A stretch of 64,000 nucleotides of DNA from the NCBI GenBank assembly GCA_964016885.1, contig OZ024741.1:368900001-368964000 (forward strand), in the 5' to 3' direction. A model generated the notes under the pieces. The model searched no databases. It was not told where the DNA came from and was given only the letters and a program-made list of their open reading frames with translations. This document shows positions 42,801 to 55,150 of this stretch, piece by piece (positions within the stretch are counted from its first letter, which is position 1; each line of letters starts with the position of its first letter). The position numbers and the translations under genes were made by a program. The DNA is from Eledone cirrhosa (taxonomy: Eukaryota).

Positions 42801-45800
42801 GCTCTGCTCCCTGTTACCATGGGTTGGATGGGCTGTTATGCTCTGCTCCCTGTTACCATGGGTTGGATGGACTGTTATGCTCTGATCCCTGTTACCATGG
42901 GTTGGATGGACTGTTATGCTCTGCTCCCTGTTACCATGGGTTGGATGGACTGTTATGCTCTGCTCCCTGTTACCATGGGTTGGATGGGCTGTTATGCTCT
43001 GATCCCTGTTACCATGGGTTGGATGGACTGTTTTGCTCTGCTCCCTGTTACCATGGGTTGGATGGACTGTTATGCTCTGCTCCCTGTTACCATGGGTTGG
43101 ATGGGCTGTTATGCTCTGATCCCTGTTACCATGGGTTGGATGGACTGTTATGCTCTGCTCCCTGTTACCATGGGTTGGATGTACTGTTATGCTCTGCTCC
43201 CTGTTACCATGGGTTGGATGGGCTGTTATGCTCTGATCCCTGTTACCATGGGTTGGATGGACTGTTATGCTCTGCTCCCTGTTACCATGGGTTGGATGTA
43301 CTGTTATGCTCTGCTCCCTGTTACCATGGGTTGGATGGGCTGTTATGCTCTGATCCCTGTTACCATGGGTTGGATGGACTGTTATGCTCTGCTCCCTGTT
43401 ACCATGGGTTGGATGTACTGTTATGCTCTGCTCCCTGTTACCATGGGTTGGATGGGCTGTTATGCTCTGATCCCTGTTACCATGGGTTGGATGGGCTGTT
43501 ATGCTCTGATCCCTGCTACCATGGGTTGGATGGGCTGTTATGCTCTGATCCCTGCTACCATGGGTTGGATGGACTTTTATGCTCTGCTCCTTGTTACCAT
43601 GGGTTGGATGGGCTGTTATGCTCTGATCCCTGTTACCATGGACTGTTATGCTCTGCTCCCTGTTACCATGGACTGTTATGCTCCGATCCCTGCTACCATG
43701 GTTTGGATGGACTTTTATGCTCTGCTCCTTGTTACCATGGGTTGGATGGACTGTTATGCTCTGCTCCCTGTTACCATGGGTTGGATGGACTGTTATGCTC
43801 TGCTCCCTGTTACCATGGACTGTTATGCTCTGATCCCTGCTACCATGGGTTGGATGGACTTTTATGCTCTGCTCCTTGTTACCATGGGTTGGATGGACTG
43901 TTATGCTCTGCTCCCTGTTACCATGGGTTGGATGGACTGTTATGCTCTGCTCCCTGTTACCATGGACTGTTATGCTCTGCTCCTTGTTACCATGGGTTGG
44001 ATGGACTGTTATGCTCTGATCCCTGCTACCATGGGTTGGATGGGCTGTTATGCTCTGATCCCTGTTACCATGGGTTGGATGGGCTGTTATGCTCTGCTCC
44101 CTGTTACCATGGACTGTTATGCTCTGCTCCTTGTTACCATGGGTTGGATGGACTGTTATGCTCTGCTCCCTGTTACCATGGGTTGGATGGACTGTTATGC
44201 CCTGCTCCTTGTTACCATGGGTTGGATGGACTGTTATGCTCTGCTCCCTGTTACCATGGGTTGGATGGACTGTTATGCTCTGATCCCTGCTACCATGGGT
44301 TGGATGGACTGTTATGCTCTGCTCCTTGTTACCATGGGTTGGATGGACTGTTATGCTCTGCTCCCTGTTACCATGGACTGTTATGCTCTGCTCCTTGTTA
44401 CCATGGGTTGGATGGACTGTTATGCTCTGCTCCCTGTTACCATGGACTGTTATGCTCTGCTCCTTGTTACCATGGGTTGGATGGACTGTTATGCTCTGCT
44501 CCCTGTTACCATGGACTGTTATGCTCTGCTCCTTGTTACCATGGGTTGGATGGACTGTTATGCTCTGCTCCCTGTTACCATGGACTGTTATGCTCTGCTC
44601 CCTGTTACCATGGACTGTTATGCTCTGCTCCCTGTTACCATGGACTGTTATGCTCTGCTCCTTGTTACCATGGGTTGGATGGACTGTTATGCTCTGCTCC
44701 CTGTTACCATGGACTGTTATGCTCTGCTCCTTGTTACCATGGGTTGGATGGACTGTTATGCTCTGATCCCTGCTACCATGGGTTGGATGGGCTGTTATGC
44801 TCTGATCCCTGTTACCATTGGGTTGGATGGGCTGTTATGCTCTGATCCCTGTTACCATGGGTTGGATGGGCTGTTATGCTCTGATCCCTGTTACCATGGG
44901 TTGGATGGGCTGTTATGCTCTGATCCCTGTTACCATGGGTTGGATGGGCTGTTATGCTCTGATCCCTGTTACCATGGGTTGGATGGGCCGTTATGCTCTG
45001 ATCCCTGTTACCATGGGTTGGATGGGCTGTTATGCTCTGATCCCTGCTACCATGGGTTGGATGGGCTGTTATGCTCTGATCCCTGCTACCATGGGTTGGA
45101 TGGACTTTTATGCTCTGCTCCTTGTTACCATGGGTTGGATGGGCTGTTATGCTCTGATCCCTGTTACCATGGACTGTTATGCTCTGCTCCCTGTTACCAT
45201 GGACTGTTATGCTCCGATCCCTGCTACCATGGGTTGGATGGACTGTTATGCTCTGCTCCCTGTTACCATGGACTGTTATGCTCTGCTCCCTGTTACCATG
45301 GACTGTTATGCTCCGATCCCTGCTACCATGGGTTGGATGGACTGTTATGCTCTGCTCCCTGTTACCATGGGTTGGATGGACTGTTATGCTCTGCTCCCTG
45401 TTACCATGGACTGTTATGCTCTGCTCCCTGTTACCATGGACTGTTATGCTCTGCTCCCTGTTACCATGGACTGTTATGCTCTGCTCCCTGTTACCATGGA
45501 CTGTTATGCTCTGCTCCCTGTTACCATGGACTGTTATGCTCTGCTCCCTGTTACCATGGGTTGGATGGGCTGTTATGCTCTGATCCCTGTTACCATGGGT
45601 TGGATGGGCTGTTATGCTCTGATCCCTGTTACCATGGGTTGGATGGGCTGTTATGCTCTGATCCCTGTTACCATGGGTTGGATGGGCTGTTATGCTCTGA
45701 TCCCTATTACCATGGGTTGGATGGGCTGTTATGCTCTGCTCCCTGTTACCATGGGTTGGATGGGCTGTTATGCTCTGCTCCCTGTTACCATGGGTTGGAT

Positions 45801-48235
45801 GGACTGTTATGCTCTGCTCCCTGTTACCATGGACTGTTATGCTCTGCTCCCTGTTACCATGGACTGTTATGCTCTGCTCCCTGTTACCATGGGTTGGATG
45901 GGCTGTTATGCTCTGCTCCCTGTTACCATGGGTTGGATGGACTTTTATGCTCTGCTCCCTGTTACCATGGGTTGGATGGGCTGTTATGCTCTGCTCCCTG
46001 TTACCATGGGTTGGATGGGCTGTTATGCTCTGCTCCCTGTTACCATGGACTGTTATGCTCTGCTCCCTGTTACCATGGGTTGGATGGGCTGTTATGCTCT
46101 GATCCCTGTTACCATGGGTTGGATGGGCTGTTATGCCCTGCTCCCTGTTACCATGGACTGTTATGCTCTGCTCCCTGTTACCATGGGTTGGATGGACTGT
46201 TATGCTCTGCTCCCTGTTACCATGGGTTGGATGGACTGTTATGCTCTGCTCCCTGTTACCATGGGTTGGATGGACTGTTATGCTCTGCTCCCTGTTACCA
46301 TGGACTGTTATGCTCTGCTCCCTGTTACCATGGGTTGGATGGGCTGTTATGCTCTGCTCCCTGTTACCATGGGTTGGATGGACTGTTATGCTCTGCTCCC
46401 TGTTACCATGGGTTGGATGGACTGTTATGCTCTGCTCCCTGTTACCATGGACTGTTATGCTCTGCTCCCTGTTACCATGGGTTGGATGGGCTGTTATGCT
46501 CTGCTCCCTGTTACCATGGACTGTTATGCTCTGCTCCCTGTTACCATGGGTTGGATGGGCTGTTATGCTCTGATCCCTGTTACCATGGGTTGGATGGGCT
46601 GTTATGCCCTGCTCCCTGTTACCATGGACTGTTATGCTCTGCTCCCTGTTACCATGGGTTGGATGGACTGTTATGCTCTGCTCCCTGTTACCATGGGTTG
46701 GATGGACTGTTATGCTCTGCTCCCTGTTACCATGGGTTGGATGGACTGTTATGCTCTGCTCCCTGTTACCATGGACTGTTATGCTCTGCTCCCTGTTACC
46801 ATGGGTTGGATGGGCTGTTATGCTCTGCTCCCTGTTACCATGGGTTGGATGGACTGTTATGCTCTGCTCCCTGTTACCATGGACTGTTATGCTCTGCTCC
46901 CTGCTACCATGGGTTGGATGGACTGTTATGCTCTGCTCCCTGTTACCATGGGTTGGATGGACTTTTATGCTCTGATCCCTGTTACCATGGGTTGGATGGG
47001 CTGTTATGCTCTGCTCCCTGTTACCATGGGTTGGATGGGCTGTTATGCTCTGCTCCCTGTTACCATGGGTTGGATGGGCTGTTATGCCCTGCTCCCTGTT
47101 ACCATGGGTTGGATGGGCTGTTATGCTCTGATCCCTGTTACCATGGGTTGGATGGGCTGTTATGCTCTGATCCCTGTTACCATGGGTTGGATGGGCTGTT
47201 ATGCCCTGCTCCCTGTTACCATGGGTTGGATGGGCTGTTATGCTCTGATCCCTGCTACCATGGGTTGGATGGGCTGTTATGCTCTGATCCCTGTTACCAT
47301 GGGTTGGATGGACTGTTATGCTCTGATACCTGTTACCATGGGTTGGATGGGCTGTTATGCTCTGATCCCTGCTACCATGGGTTGGATGGACTTATGCTCT
47401 GATCCCTGCTACCATGGGTTGGATGGGCTGTTATGCTCTGATCCCTGCTACCATGGGTTGGATGGGCTGTTATGCTCTGATCCCTGCTACCATGGGTTGG
47501 ATGGGCTGTTATGCTCCGATCCCTGCTACCATGGGTTGGATGGGCTGTTATGCTCCGATCCCTGCTACCATGGGTTGGATGGGCTGTTATGCTCTGATCC
47601 CTGCTACCATGGGTTGGATGGACTGTTATGTTCTGATCCCTGTTACCATGGGTTGGATGGGCTGTTATGCTCTGATCCCTGCTACCATGGGTTGGATGGA
47701 CTTATGCTCTGATCCCTGCTACCATGGGTTGGATGGGCTGTTATGCTCTGATCCCTGCTACCATGGGTTGGATGGGCTGTTATGCTCTGATCCCTGTTAC
47801 CATGGGTTGGATGGGCTGTTATGCTCTGATCCCTGCTACTATGGGTTGGATGGGCTGTTATGCTCTGATCCCTGTTACCATGGGTTGGATGGACTGTTAT
47901 GCTCTGATACCTGTTACCATGGGTTGGATGGGCTGTTATGCTCTGATCCCTGCTACCATGGGTTGGATGGACTTATGCTCTGATCCCTGCTACCATGGGT
48001 TGGATGGGCTGTTATGCTCTGATCCCTGCTACCATGGGTTGGATGGGCTGTTATGCTCTGATCCCTGCTAGCACGAGTTGGATGGGCTGCCACATTCTGA
48101 TCCATGCTAGCATGTTCTGATCCATACTAACACAGGTTGGCTGGGATGTCACGTTCTGACCGATGTTAGCACAGGTTGACTGGGATGTTACGTTCTGATC
48201 CATGTTAGCACAGGTTGGATGAGCTGTCATGTTCC
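30788..48235. repeat. ~17.4 kb minisatellite: 39-bp unit ccatgggttggatgg(g/a)ctgttatgctctg(a/c)tccctg(t/c)ta plus a 30-bp deletion variant, roughly 450 units
   Basis: Directly visible. Homogeneous core ~30905-48070 with diverged units at both edges. Unit count estimated from length. Confidence 0.99.
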
Positions 48236-48709
48236 GAGATTAGACAGGTCAGATGACCACATTTTGTTACATTCCATGAAAATACAATTTTCAACAGCCA
48301 AACTATATCTAGCAGAAAACTTTAAAACTCCATTATAATTTTTTTTTTTTTTACTTTTATGTTCCAAACACAAGCTTAATAATGTGAAAGTTAGTTATAT
48401 TACAAACTCCCAACAAAATAATTTGAAAATAATAAATGTCTTTCATTAGAATATGATAGTGAAAGGATTAAAGTTCAGTTAATTTTCAGTGCAATGATTT
48501 AGTGAGGATAGCAGGTAACAATTCCTGTATAACTTACAGAATTTTCCTTTGACATTATTTACTGATATAAAACAATGAAAGTCTTATAGAATACATGATT
48601 ATCTACCACAGGCCTTTAACAGTTAGAGTTACAGAGGTGCATTTTAAACCAGGCCAGAACACAGCTGAATTCCTCCAGAGAGAAAAAGAGAAAAATTGAG
48701 AAAGAGTTT

Positions 48710-48890
48710 GAGAAAGAATTGACCCCAGTATTGGACTGATACTTTGAAAGGATGAAAGGTGGGGGTAAAGATAAAGTTGACCTCGACTGGATAAAGGTAA
48801 AATTGACCTTGAATCGATTTGAACATGGATCACAGAGAACCAGATTAAATACTATAAAAGCTATCTGGCATTCTAATGACTGTCAACTCA
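48710..48890 (-). mobile_element. tRNA-derived SINE (family 1), decayed
   Basis: aaaggatgaaagg...aaattgacc...atttgaac is the reverse of the family core and B box. Confidence 0.55.
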
Positions 48891-49349
48891 CAACATCATT
48901 ATCACCATCACACAAAAATGTAGAACAAAAACTACCATGAATATGTATAGTAAGCATTTTTGGTTTTCAATAAATGTCCCTGCATTGTTTTGAAACTTTG
49001 AGTAATTAGAAACATACTTACAATAAGTTGGTTTTAACGTTAAGTACCATAACACAGAACTGAATGAAACGAGTTTACTGGTTATATTTGCCAAAGGTTA
49101 TATAATACAGGGACATTTATTTAATACATTGCAGATAGACCATTGTACAATGCCAACCATATACTGTGTAAACATATCTCTCATATACTGTGTAAACATA
49201 TTTCTATGTTTAAGTCATTTAACACTTAGAAAAACAAAGCAATCCATTTAGTGGCACTTAATCATATAAAGATTCCACCGTTGGACATTTTCTTCATACC
49301 TGGAAATCAATATGACATTGATGATAACACTTGTCAGCATTATTTCTTG

Positions 49350-49540
49350 TAGCAGTGGATTGGCAGAATGGGTAGAGTGTCAGACACATGCTTTGGTGCA
49401 TAGAGTTACAGCCCTTTACATTCTCAGTTCAAATCCCGCCAAGGTTAACTTTGCCTTTCAGCCTTACGGGGTCAATAAAATAAAGTACCAGTAATGTAAT
49501 GGGGTGATTGTAGGCCTTGTGCCAAAAGTAGAAACTATCA
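49350..49540 (+). mobile_element. tRNA-derived SINE (family 1)
   Basis: gtggattggcagaatgggtagag...agttcaaatcccgcc...ctttgcctttcagccttacggggtcaataaaataaagtaccag. Confidence 0.8.
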
Positions 49541-49795
49541 TTTCTTGAAGAAATGCTAAGCAGAACTGATACTAGCAAAGTTTGTCTAAATATTTATTTA
49601 GCGCTGCAATAATGCCTTTTGGGCCCATGGTAAAACATGCTAAAATAAGGACCCAGAGTTTTCTTATGTCATTTCTAATGAATTGGTTTACACTGAGGTA
49701 TGCTAATGAAAAACATCAGTGTCAGATCATGTAAATGTTTGGAAAAAAAAAATTGTTCTATTTTGCTGAGCCTTGTATTAAGATCATTACTATCA

Positions 49796-49834
49796 CTAGC
49801 AGAAAAACCACCCTTTGGGTGGTTTTTCTGCTAG
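49796..49834. repeat. Perfect 18-bp hairpin with CTAG ends
   Basis: ctagcagaaaaaccaccc-ttt-gggtggtttttctgctag. Confidence 0.9.
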
Positions 49835-50243
49835 CCTGTGTAGTGTGCATATTGATATTATACGCAAGTATATATACATGTAGATATGATACATCAAATA
49901 AAATCATAATTGACAATATACACAGAAATTGAACGAAGACTGCATTACACTGTCTTATGTAATCAGTAACATAATCCATTGACGGAAATAATAGACTTTA
50001 TTTAAGCGATCGCTAACCGGAAGTGTGGACATTTGAAAATTTTAAAGAAGTGAATCTTAAAATAAGCGACATAATTATTTATATTTAATCAAGAATAACA
50101 AAATTTAGTAGATAAATTATGTAATATTCATTCATTCATTATTTATTCAAAGTCATCCAACTTATTTTACAAACGGGATAAAAAAAATATATTCTGGACG
50201 CTGTCCCGCACTCCCTTTATTATAGTTTAGATTATTCTCATTA

Positions 50244-50436
50244 TAGTGGTGGATTGGCAGTATCGATAGAGCATTGGACAACATGCTTTGCAGCATGTAG
50301 TTATGTCCTGAGTTCAAATCCTACCTAAGTTAGCTTTGCCTTTCATCCTTATGGGCGTTGATAAGAAAGTAACAGTAATGCACTGGGTTCGATTTAATCG
50401 ACTTTCACCTCCCTACAAAATGACCGTGAGCCTAAA
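50244..50436 (+). mobile_element. tRNA-derived SINE (family 1)
   Basis: Same head and core as 30565 and 49350. Confidence 0.75.
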
Positions 50437-50844
50437 TATCATTATTACCACTAGTATTATTATGGTTTCGATTGAAACAAATTAATATATATTTTACAAC
50501 ATATTGTCATTTTGTTATATTAACACGTATCACTAGACTTCATATAATTCAATTTTAACTATTGATCCATACAATGTACAACTCATCTTTATGCACAAGT
50601 TGTTGCCAAGCAAACTGTCATGCATTCCAGCTGTGACCATCCTGTCATTTTTTTTTCAGACAATGCAAGTACATCTACATTATCCACTATACATTATTTG
50701 TCCATTTTATATTTTAAGAGTAGGTTGTGAAATGAGAGATTTGGCTGTTATTTCTAGCAGGTGGAGAAATAACAGTTTCTTGTGATTGGATACATTAGAA
50801 GTTTACAAGTACAGTAAATAGCATTCTATGCTACCAAATCATAA

Positions 50845-51235
50845 TTCTTCTTCGTCCACTTATTCTTGAGAGGGACGTGGAGGCCAAATTCTCAAACACT
50901 TCTTCCAACTGGTCCTGTCCAAAGCAACCTTTTCGAACCGATCCGGCTGGATCCCCAAGCAAGACCAGCTGAGCTCATAGATGTTATCCAACAATCATGC
51001 TTGGGGTCTACCCCTTGATCGCCTAAAGGTTGGTTTTTGCCTGTAAAATCTGTCCAGCAACTCTTTCCTAAGACATTCTAACCACAAGTCTGTAATATCA
51101 GACATGTGATCTCAATTCAGAGAAGTAGTGGCTCTATCTGGAATGACTCTTTGATCTCTGAGCTATGCACTATCGAGTAACATTATTCCAATGACCCTTC
51201 AGAGGAATCCCATTTTGGTCACTTGTATTCATGAT
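50845..51235 (-). mobile_element. Decayed 3' fragment of an RTE-like LINE
   Basis: The minus strand gives an RSRGRP motif and ends in gaagaagaa; boundaries approximate. Confidence 0.5.
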
Positions 51236-51975
51236 TGTAATTATAAGTTAAAAAAAAAAAAAAAAAAAAAAAAATTTATTCATCATTGATATTCAAAATT
51301 TGGATGAGTTGTATGGTCTGGTTTTGATAGTAAGACAAATAGGGTACTGGAGTGTGTAAATTCCACAGGCAGATGTCCTACTTACTGGAAGATATTTAGC
51401 TTTGAAAAGCGAACAAAAGATGGTAGCATCAAGATTATATCATTTGATGAGCTGTGAGGTCAACAATTTATATCCTGAATTCATTATCAGCATATGAAAT
51501 GTTATGGAAATTAAATCGACTGATTTATCTATCCTAGCTTATCACATCTCTCTCCATACTCTCAGGAACTGTTTGAGGCATTACTATTGATTCACAACCA
51601 GTCCTTGCTATCTGTTTTCAGCTGCCTTCTGTGAGACTGCCAAATCAGGGTCTGTTCATTCCTCTATGTTATATTCCAAACGTTCCTTGTCTTTACCTGG
51701 CTCTCACTGATAGATTTTGTTGTGCAAGATATATCCAAAAGAAATAAGTATCCTACCAGAATTCATTTGAAAACCTCTAACTAGTTTTCAACAATGATAA
51801 TCCCCTGCTCTTCCTATATAATATCCCAAGTAGTCCACACTGTAGCTAAATGTTGGTTCAATAAGTTAATTATGGCCAACAAAAGAGAATGTGTATTCCC
51901 TCTGCAAGAAAAATCACTCACTTTCCATCATAAACAAGGATACATTAAACGTAGTCCAACATGCTCCTAAAAAGT

Positions 51976-52071
51976 TAAGATGGTCACAGCTGTGATGCCT
52001 TTAAACATAAGATGGTCACAGCTGTGATGCCTTTAAACATAAGATGGTCACAGCTGTGATGCCTTTAAACA
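51976..52071. repeat. 32-bp tandem repeat x3 (aagatggtcacagctgtgatgcctttaaacat)
   Basis: Copies at 51977, 52009 and 52041, followed by a diverged ~50-bp repeat to ~52260. Confidence 0.92.
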
Positions 52072-53821
52072 CAAGTCTGTATAATAAGAGTTGATCTTGG
52101 TTTACTCAACAAAAATTCATAGGTTTGCTTTAATCAGAGTTGATCTGGGGCTAAACAACAACAAAAATGTATAGGTTTGCTCAATCAGAGTTGATCTGGA
52201 CCAAACAACAAAAATTTACAGGTGTACACAGAGTTAATCTAGGGCTAAACAACAACAAAAATTCATTATAAAGTGATGTCAATTTTTTAGAGAATGACAT
52301 AAAATAAACTACCATAATCTGTTTCAAATTGCTCAACTTTCGTCAGTTTCAGCTTCAGACAACTTTTATGTGCTGAGGAAAGAAATAGTTTGTTCATTGT
52401 AGTTGACTATTCAAACTGAAACTAATTTAACCCAGTGTCTAACCTGTGACTAACCTAATTTTAGTCATTATCAGAAACTAATTGATGAACTGGCCTTTTG
52501 AAATTACAAACACTCATTGTTTTAAGCTCAATATCTACAATGGTCATGAAACTACCAACAGAGTTGATCAAACCTCACTTTGTTTCCCATTGCAATTATC
52601 CAGAGGAAAGAGGGTCTCTTCCAATTTGTTAATGTAATTAAGAATAAACATTTATGATGCAATTTATAATCTCATTAATAAATCAATGTGTATAATTTTT
52701 CATTTTATGTATATGGATTGTTGTTTATCAGGTATACCTCAAATAAAAAACAATCAAGCTGTAACCATATCTTTTTTTTTTTCCAGAAATAGACGTTTCC
52801 TTCTCTTCTTGTAAGATATTAGGATGTGGTTGCTATGAGGGAGATCTAACTGCTATTTTGTACAGTTCAATAGATTAGGTAAAGGTTAAGTTTGTTCATT
52901 AGATACATGTGTAGCAATTAGTATACCTGATTTTAACAAAAGCTAGTTGTTTTCTATTTTATTCAACTCTTTGTCAAAGGATTCAATACACCAACCATAT
53001 TTCTTTCACATAATGTCACGAATGTATAAAATCAACAAGATCAACATTGCAGGCCTTCAGTTTCCACTCATGTAAGATTGTTATTCTAATGAAATGAAAT
53101 CAAAATTGAAGTTGCCAACAGTGAAAGATATATAAACATTGATAAAATACACCTATATTTATATACACATGTACAAATACAGACAGACATCCATATGGAT
53201 ATCTTTCTTGATGACAGAAAGGCTAACACATTTTACTTCAATAGTCAGCTCACCATACACACCACAGGCAACAAACTCAACTATTTGTTATGCAAGACAA
53301 TGCACCAATCAAAATTTTATTTTTCTCTGGACTACATCCTCTGAGTATTTTTCATAATATATATTTTTCCTTTGTTAACTTTCCTGTTTTGTGAGTTATT
53401 GCTCCACATTACCACTTTCATGTCTGTATGTATTTAAAAAAAGGGGATTTTAAATGAGTCATCTACATTAACTCAATAATATGAGTACAAAAATAATTTA
53501 CCACACCCACATTACAATGTTAATTCACAAGAGCACAGGGGTTAGGTTCCTATTCTCATCAGAACTATTTCCATCTTGCTTTCTTTAATAGGTAGGAGGA
53601 ATGTATGAACATCACAACACTACATTAGTTTGTAAATGATAGAGACAGCTTGACAAATGACAGAATATCTAATTTAATCCTAGTGGGTTTGAGTTCTAAT
53701 ACCATTTAAAGCCCACTGTGGTCACTCAAATAAAATGTCTATCCTACAAATTATAGGCTTCCTTTACAAAATTTGGCTTTGCTTTTGATCAAAATAAAGT
53801 ATTATTAGTAGTATTAGTAGA

Positions 53822-54290
53822 AATAGATTGGCAGTAGATCATCAAACAATATGCTTTGCAGTATACAGTTACATCCATTTATGTTGAGTTCAAATCCTGC
53901 TGAGGTTAACTTTTTGCCTTTCATCCTTACGGGGGGGGGGGGGGGGTCGATAAAATAAAGTACCAGTAATGTACTGTGATAATAGGATATATCTGCCCCG
54001 AGATACGATACACAGTTAATCGATTTCTCCGATAAACAATTGTCAAATGCATGCATTGGATTTTGAGAGGAACTCTGAAATTTATCATCACTATGATATC
54101 AGTTTTCTATAACAATTCTTACTTAACCACCCATGAAGTGACTCCATTCACAATACAGTAACACCTGAGCCGGAAACCTCCCTGTATGGTGTAATTGGTG
54201 AGTCTAAAAGTCTAAAGTGTGTCTTAAGCCAGAAGGCTCATTTGGTCGGTGCTTATCCTGGCCTTGTGCCAATAGTAGAAACAATTATTA
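53822..54290 (+). mobile_element. tRNA-derived SINE (family 1) split by a ~285-bp inverted insertion
   Basis: The SINE runs to ...gtaccagtaatgtactg (53976) and resumes tggccttgtgccaatagtagaaac (54259). Confidence 0.8.
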
Positions 54291-55150
54291 TTAGTAGTAA
54301 TGATTTTTTTACTTAGACATAGGCTCTCAAATTTTTTTTTTTAGGGAGGGGTTCATATATTTACTCCACTACTTGACTTTATTTTCTTGACTTCAGAACA
54401 GTGAAAGGCAAAGCAAGTACTTATGTTGACATTCACTCTGGACAGGTTGAGCCAGCTCCAAGCAGTACATCCACAGTATTGCAAACAAAGGCTGATCAAG
54501 CATGGTGATCAGACATGTGATTCACTTTGTCAACCAATCACAATTCCAATGCCAGACACCATACATGCAAGGACCAAATATTAACTCAAGATCTAACTTG
54601 ATTGTGCTGGTCTGCATTTTCAGCTGTTCATCTCACCAATTACATGGAGGCATGTGGCCTAGTGGTAAGGGTGTTGGATTCAATGTCATGGGTTCGATTC
54701 CTGGGTTGCGTGTTGTGTTCTTGAGCAAAACACTTCATTTCACATTGCTCCAGTATATTGAGCTGAAAATGAGCACCAGCAATAGCTGGGGGTTTAACAG
54801 TGCGATGGACTGGCATCCTGTCTGGGGGAAAGTCTTGTACTATCAGTCGCTTCCCGCCATGAAACCTGGATAAGCACGGACCAAATGAGCCTTCTAGCTT
54901 AAGACACACTTTAGACTTTTAGACTCACCAATTACACCATACAGGGAGGTTTCCGGCTCAGGTGTTACTGTATTGTGAATGGAGTCACTTCATGGGTGGT
55001 TAAGTAAGAATTGTTATAGAAAACTGATATCATAGTGATGATAAATTTCAGAGTTCCTCTCAAAATCCAATGCATGCATTTGACAATTGTTTATTAGAGA
55101 AATCGATTAACTGTGTATCATATCTCGGGGCAGATATATCCTATTATCAC
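53975..55150. repeat. Near-perfect ~285-bp inverted repeat pair (53975-54258 and 54869-55150)
   Basis: Direct reverse-complement match with only a handful of mismatches; spacer ~610 bp. Confidence 0.95.
54645..54900 (+). mobile_element. tRNA-derived SINE (family 2)
   Basis: ggaggcatgtggcctagtggtaag (A box), gggttcgattcc (B box) and the ttgagcaaaacacttcatttcacattgctccag core. Reverse copy at ~63575-63691. Confidence 0.78.

Noticed and set aside
30723-48071. Giant plus-strand ORFs (3290, 2337, 2255 aa etc.; MGWMGCYALIPVT / HGLDGLLCSDPCY repeats)
   Set aside because: They follow from 39/30-bp units lacking stops. Several overlapping frames are open, the array has stops and frameshifts, it is antisense to the host gene, and the unit appears to derive from a retroposon tail.
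30788-48235. CRISPR-like array
   Set aside because: Units are contiguous with no unique spacers, there are no cas genes, and the context is eukaryotic. The same applies to the 21-bp and 23-bp arrays.
54645-54705. tRNA gene
   Set aside because: A and B boxes are present but there is no complete cloverleaf, and it continues into a SINE body.
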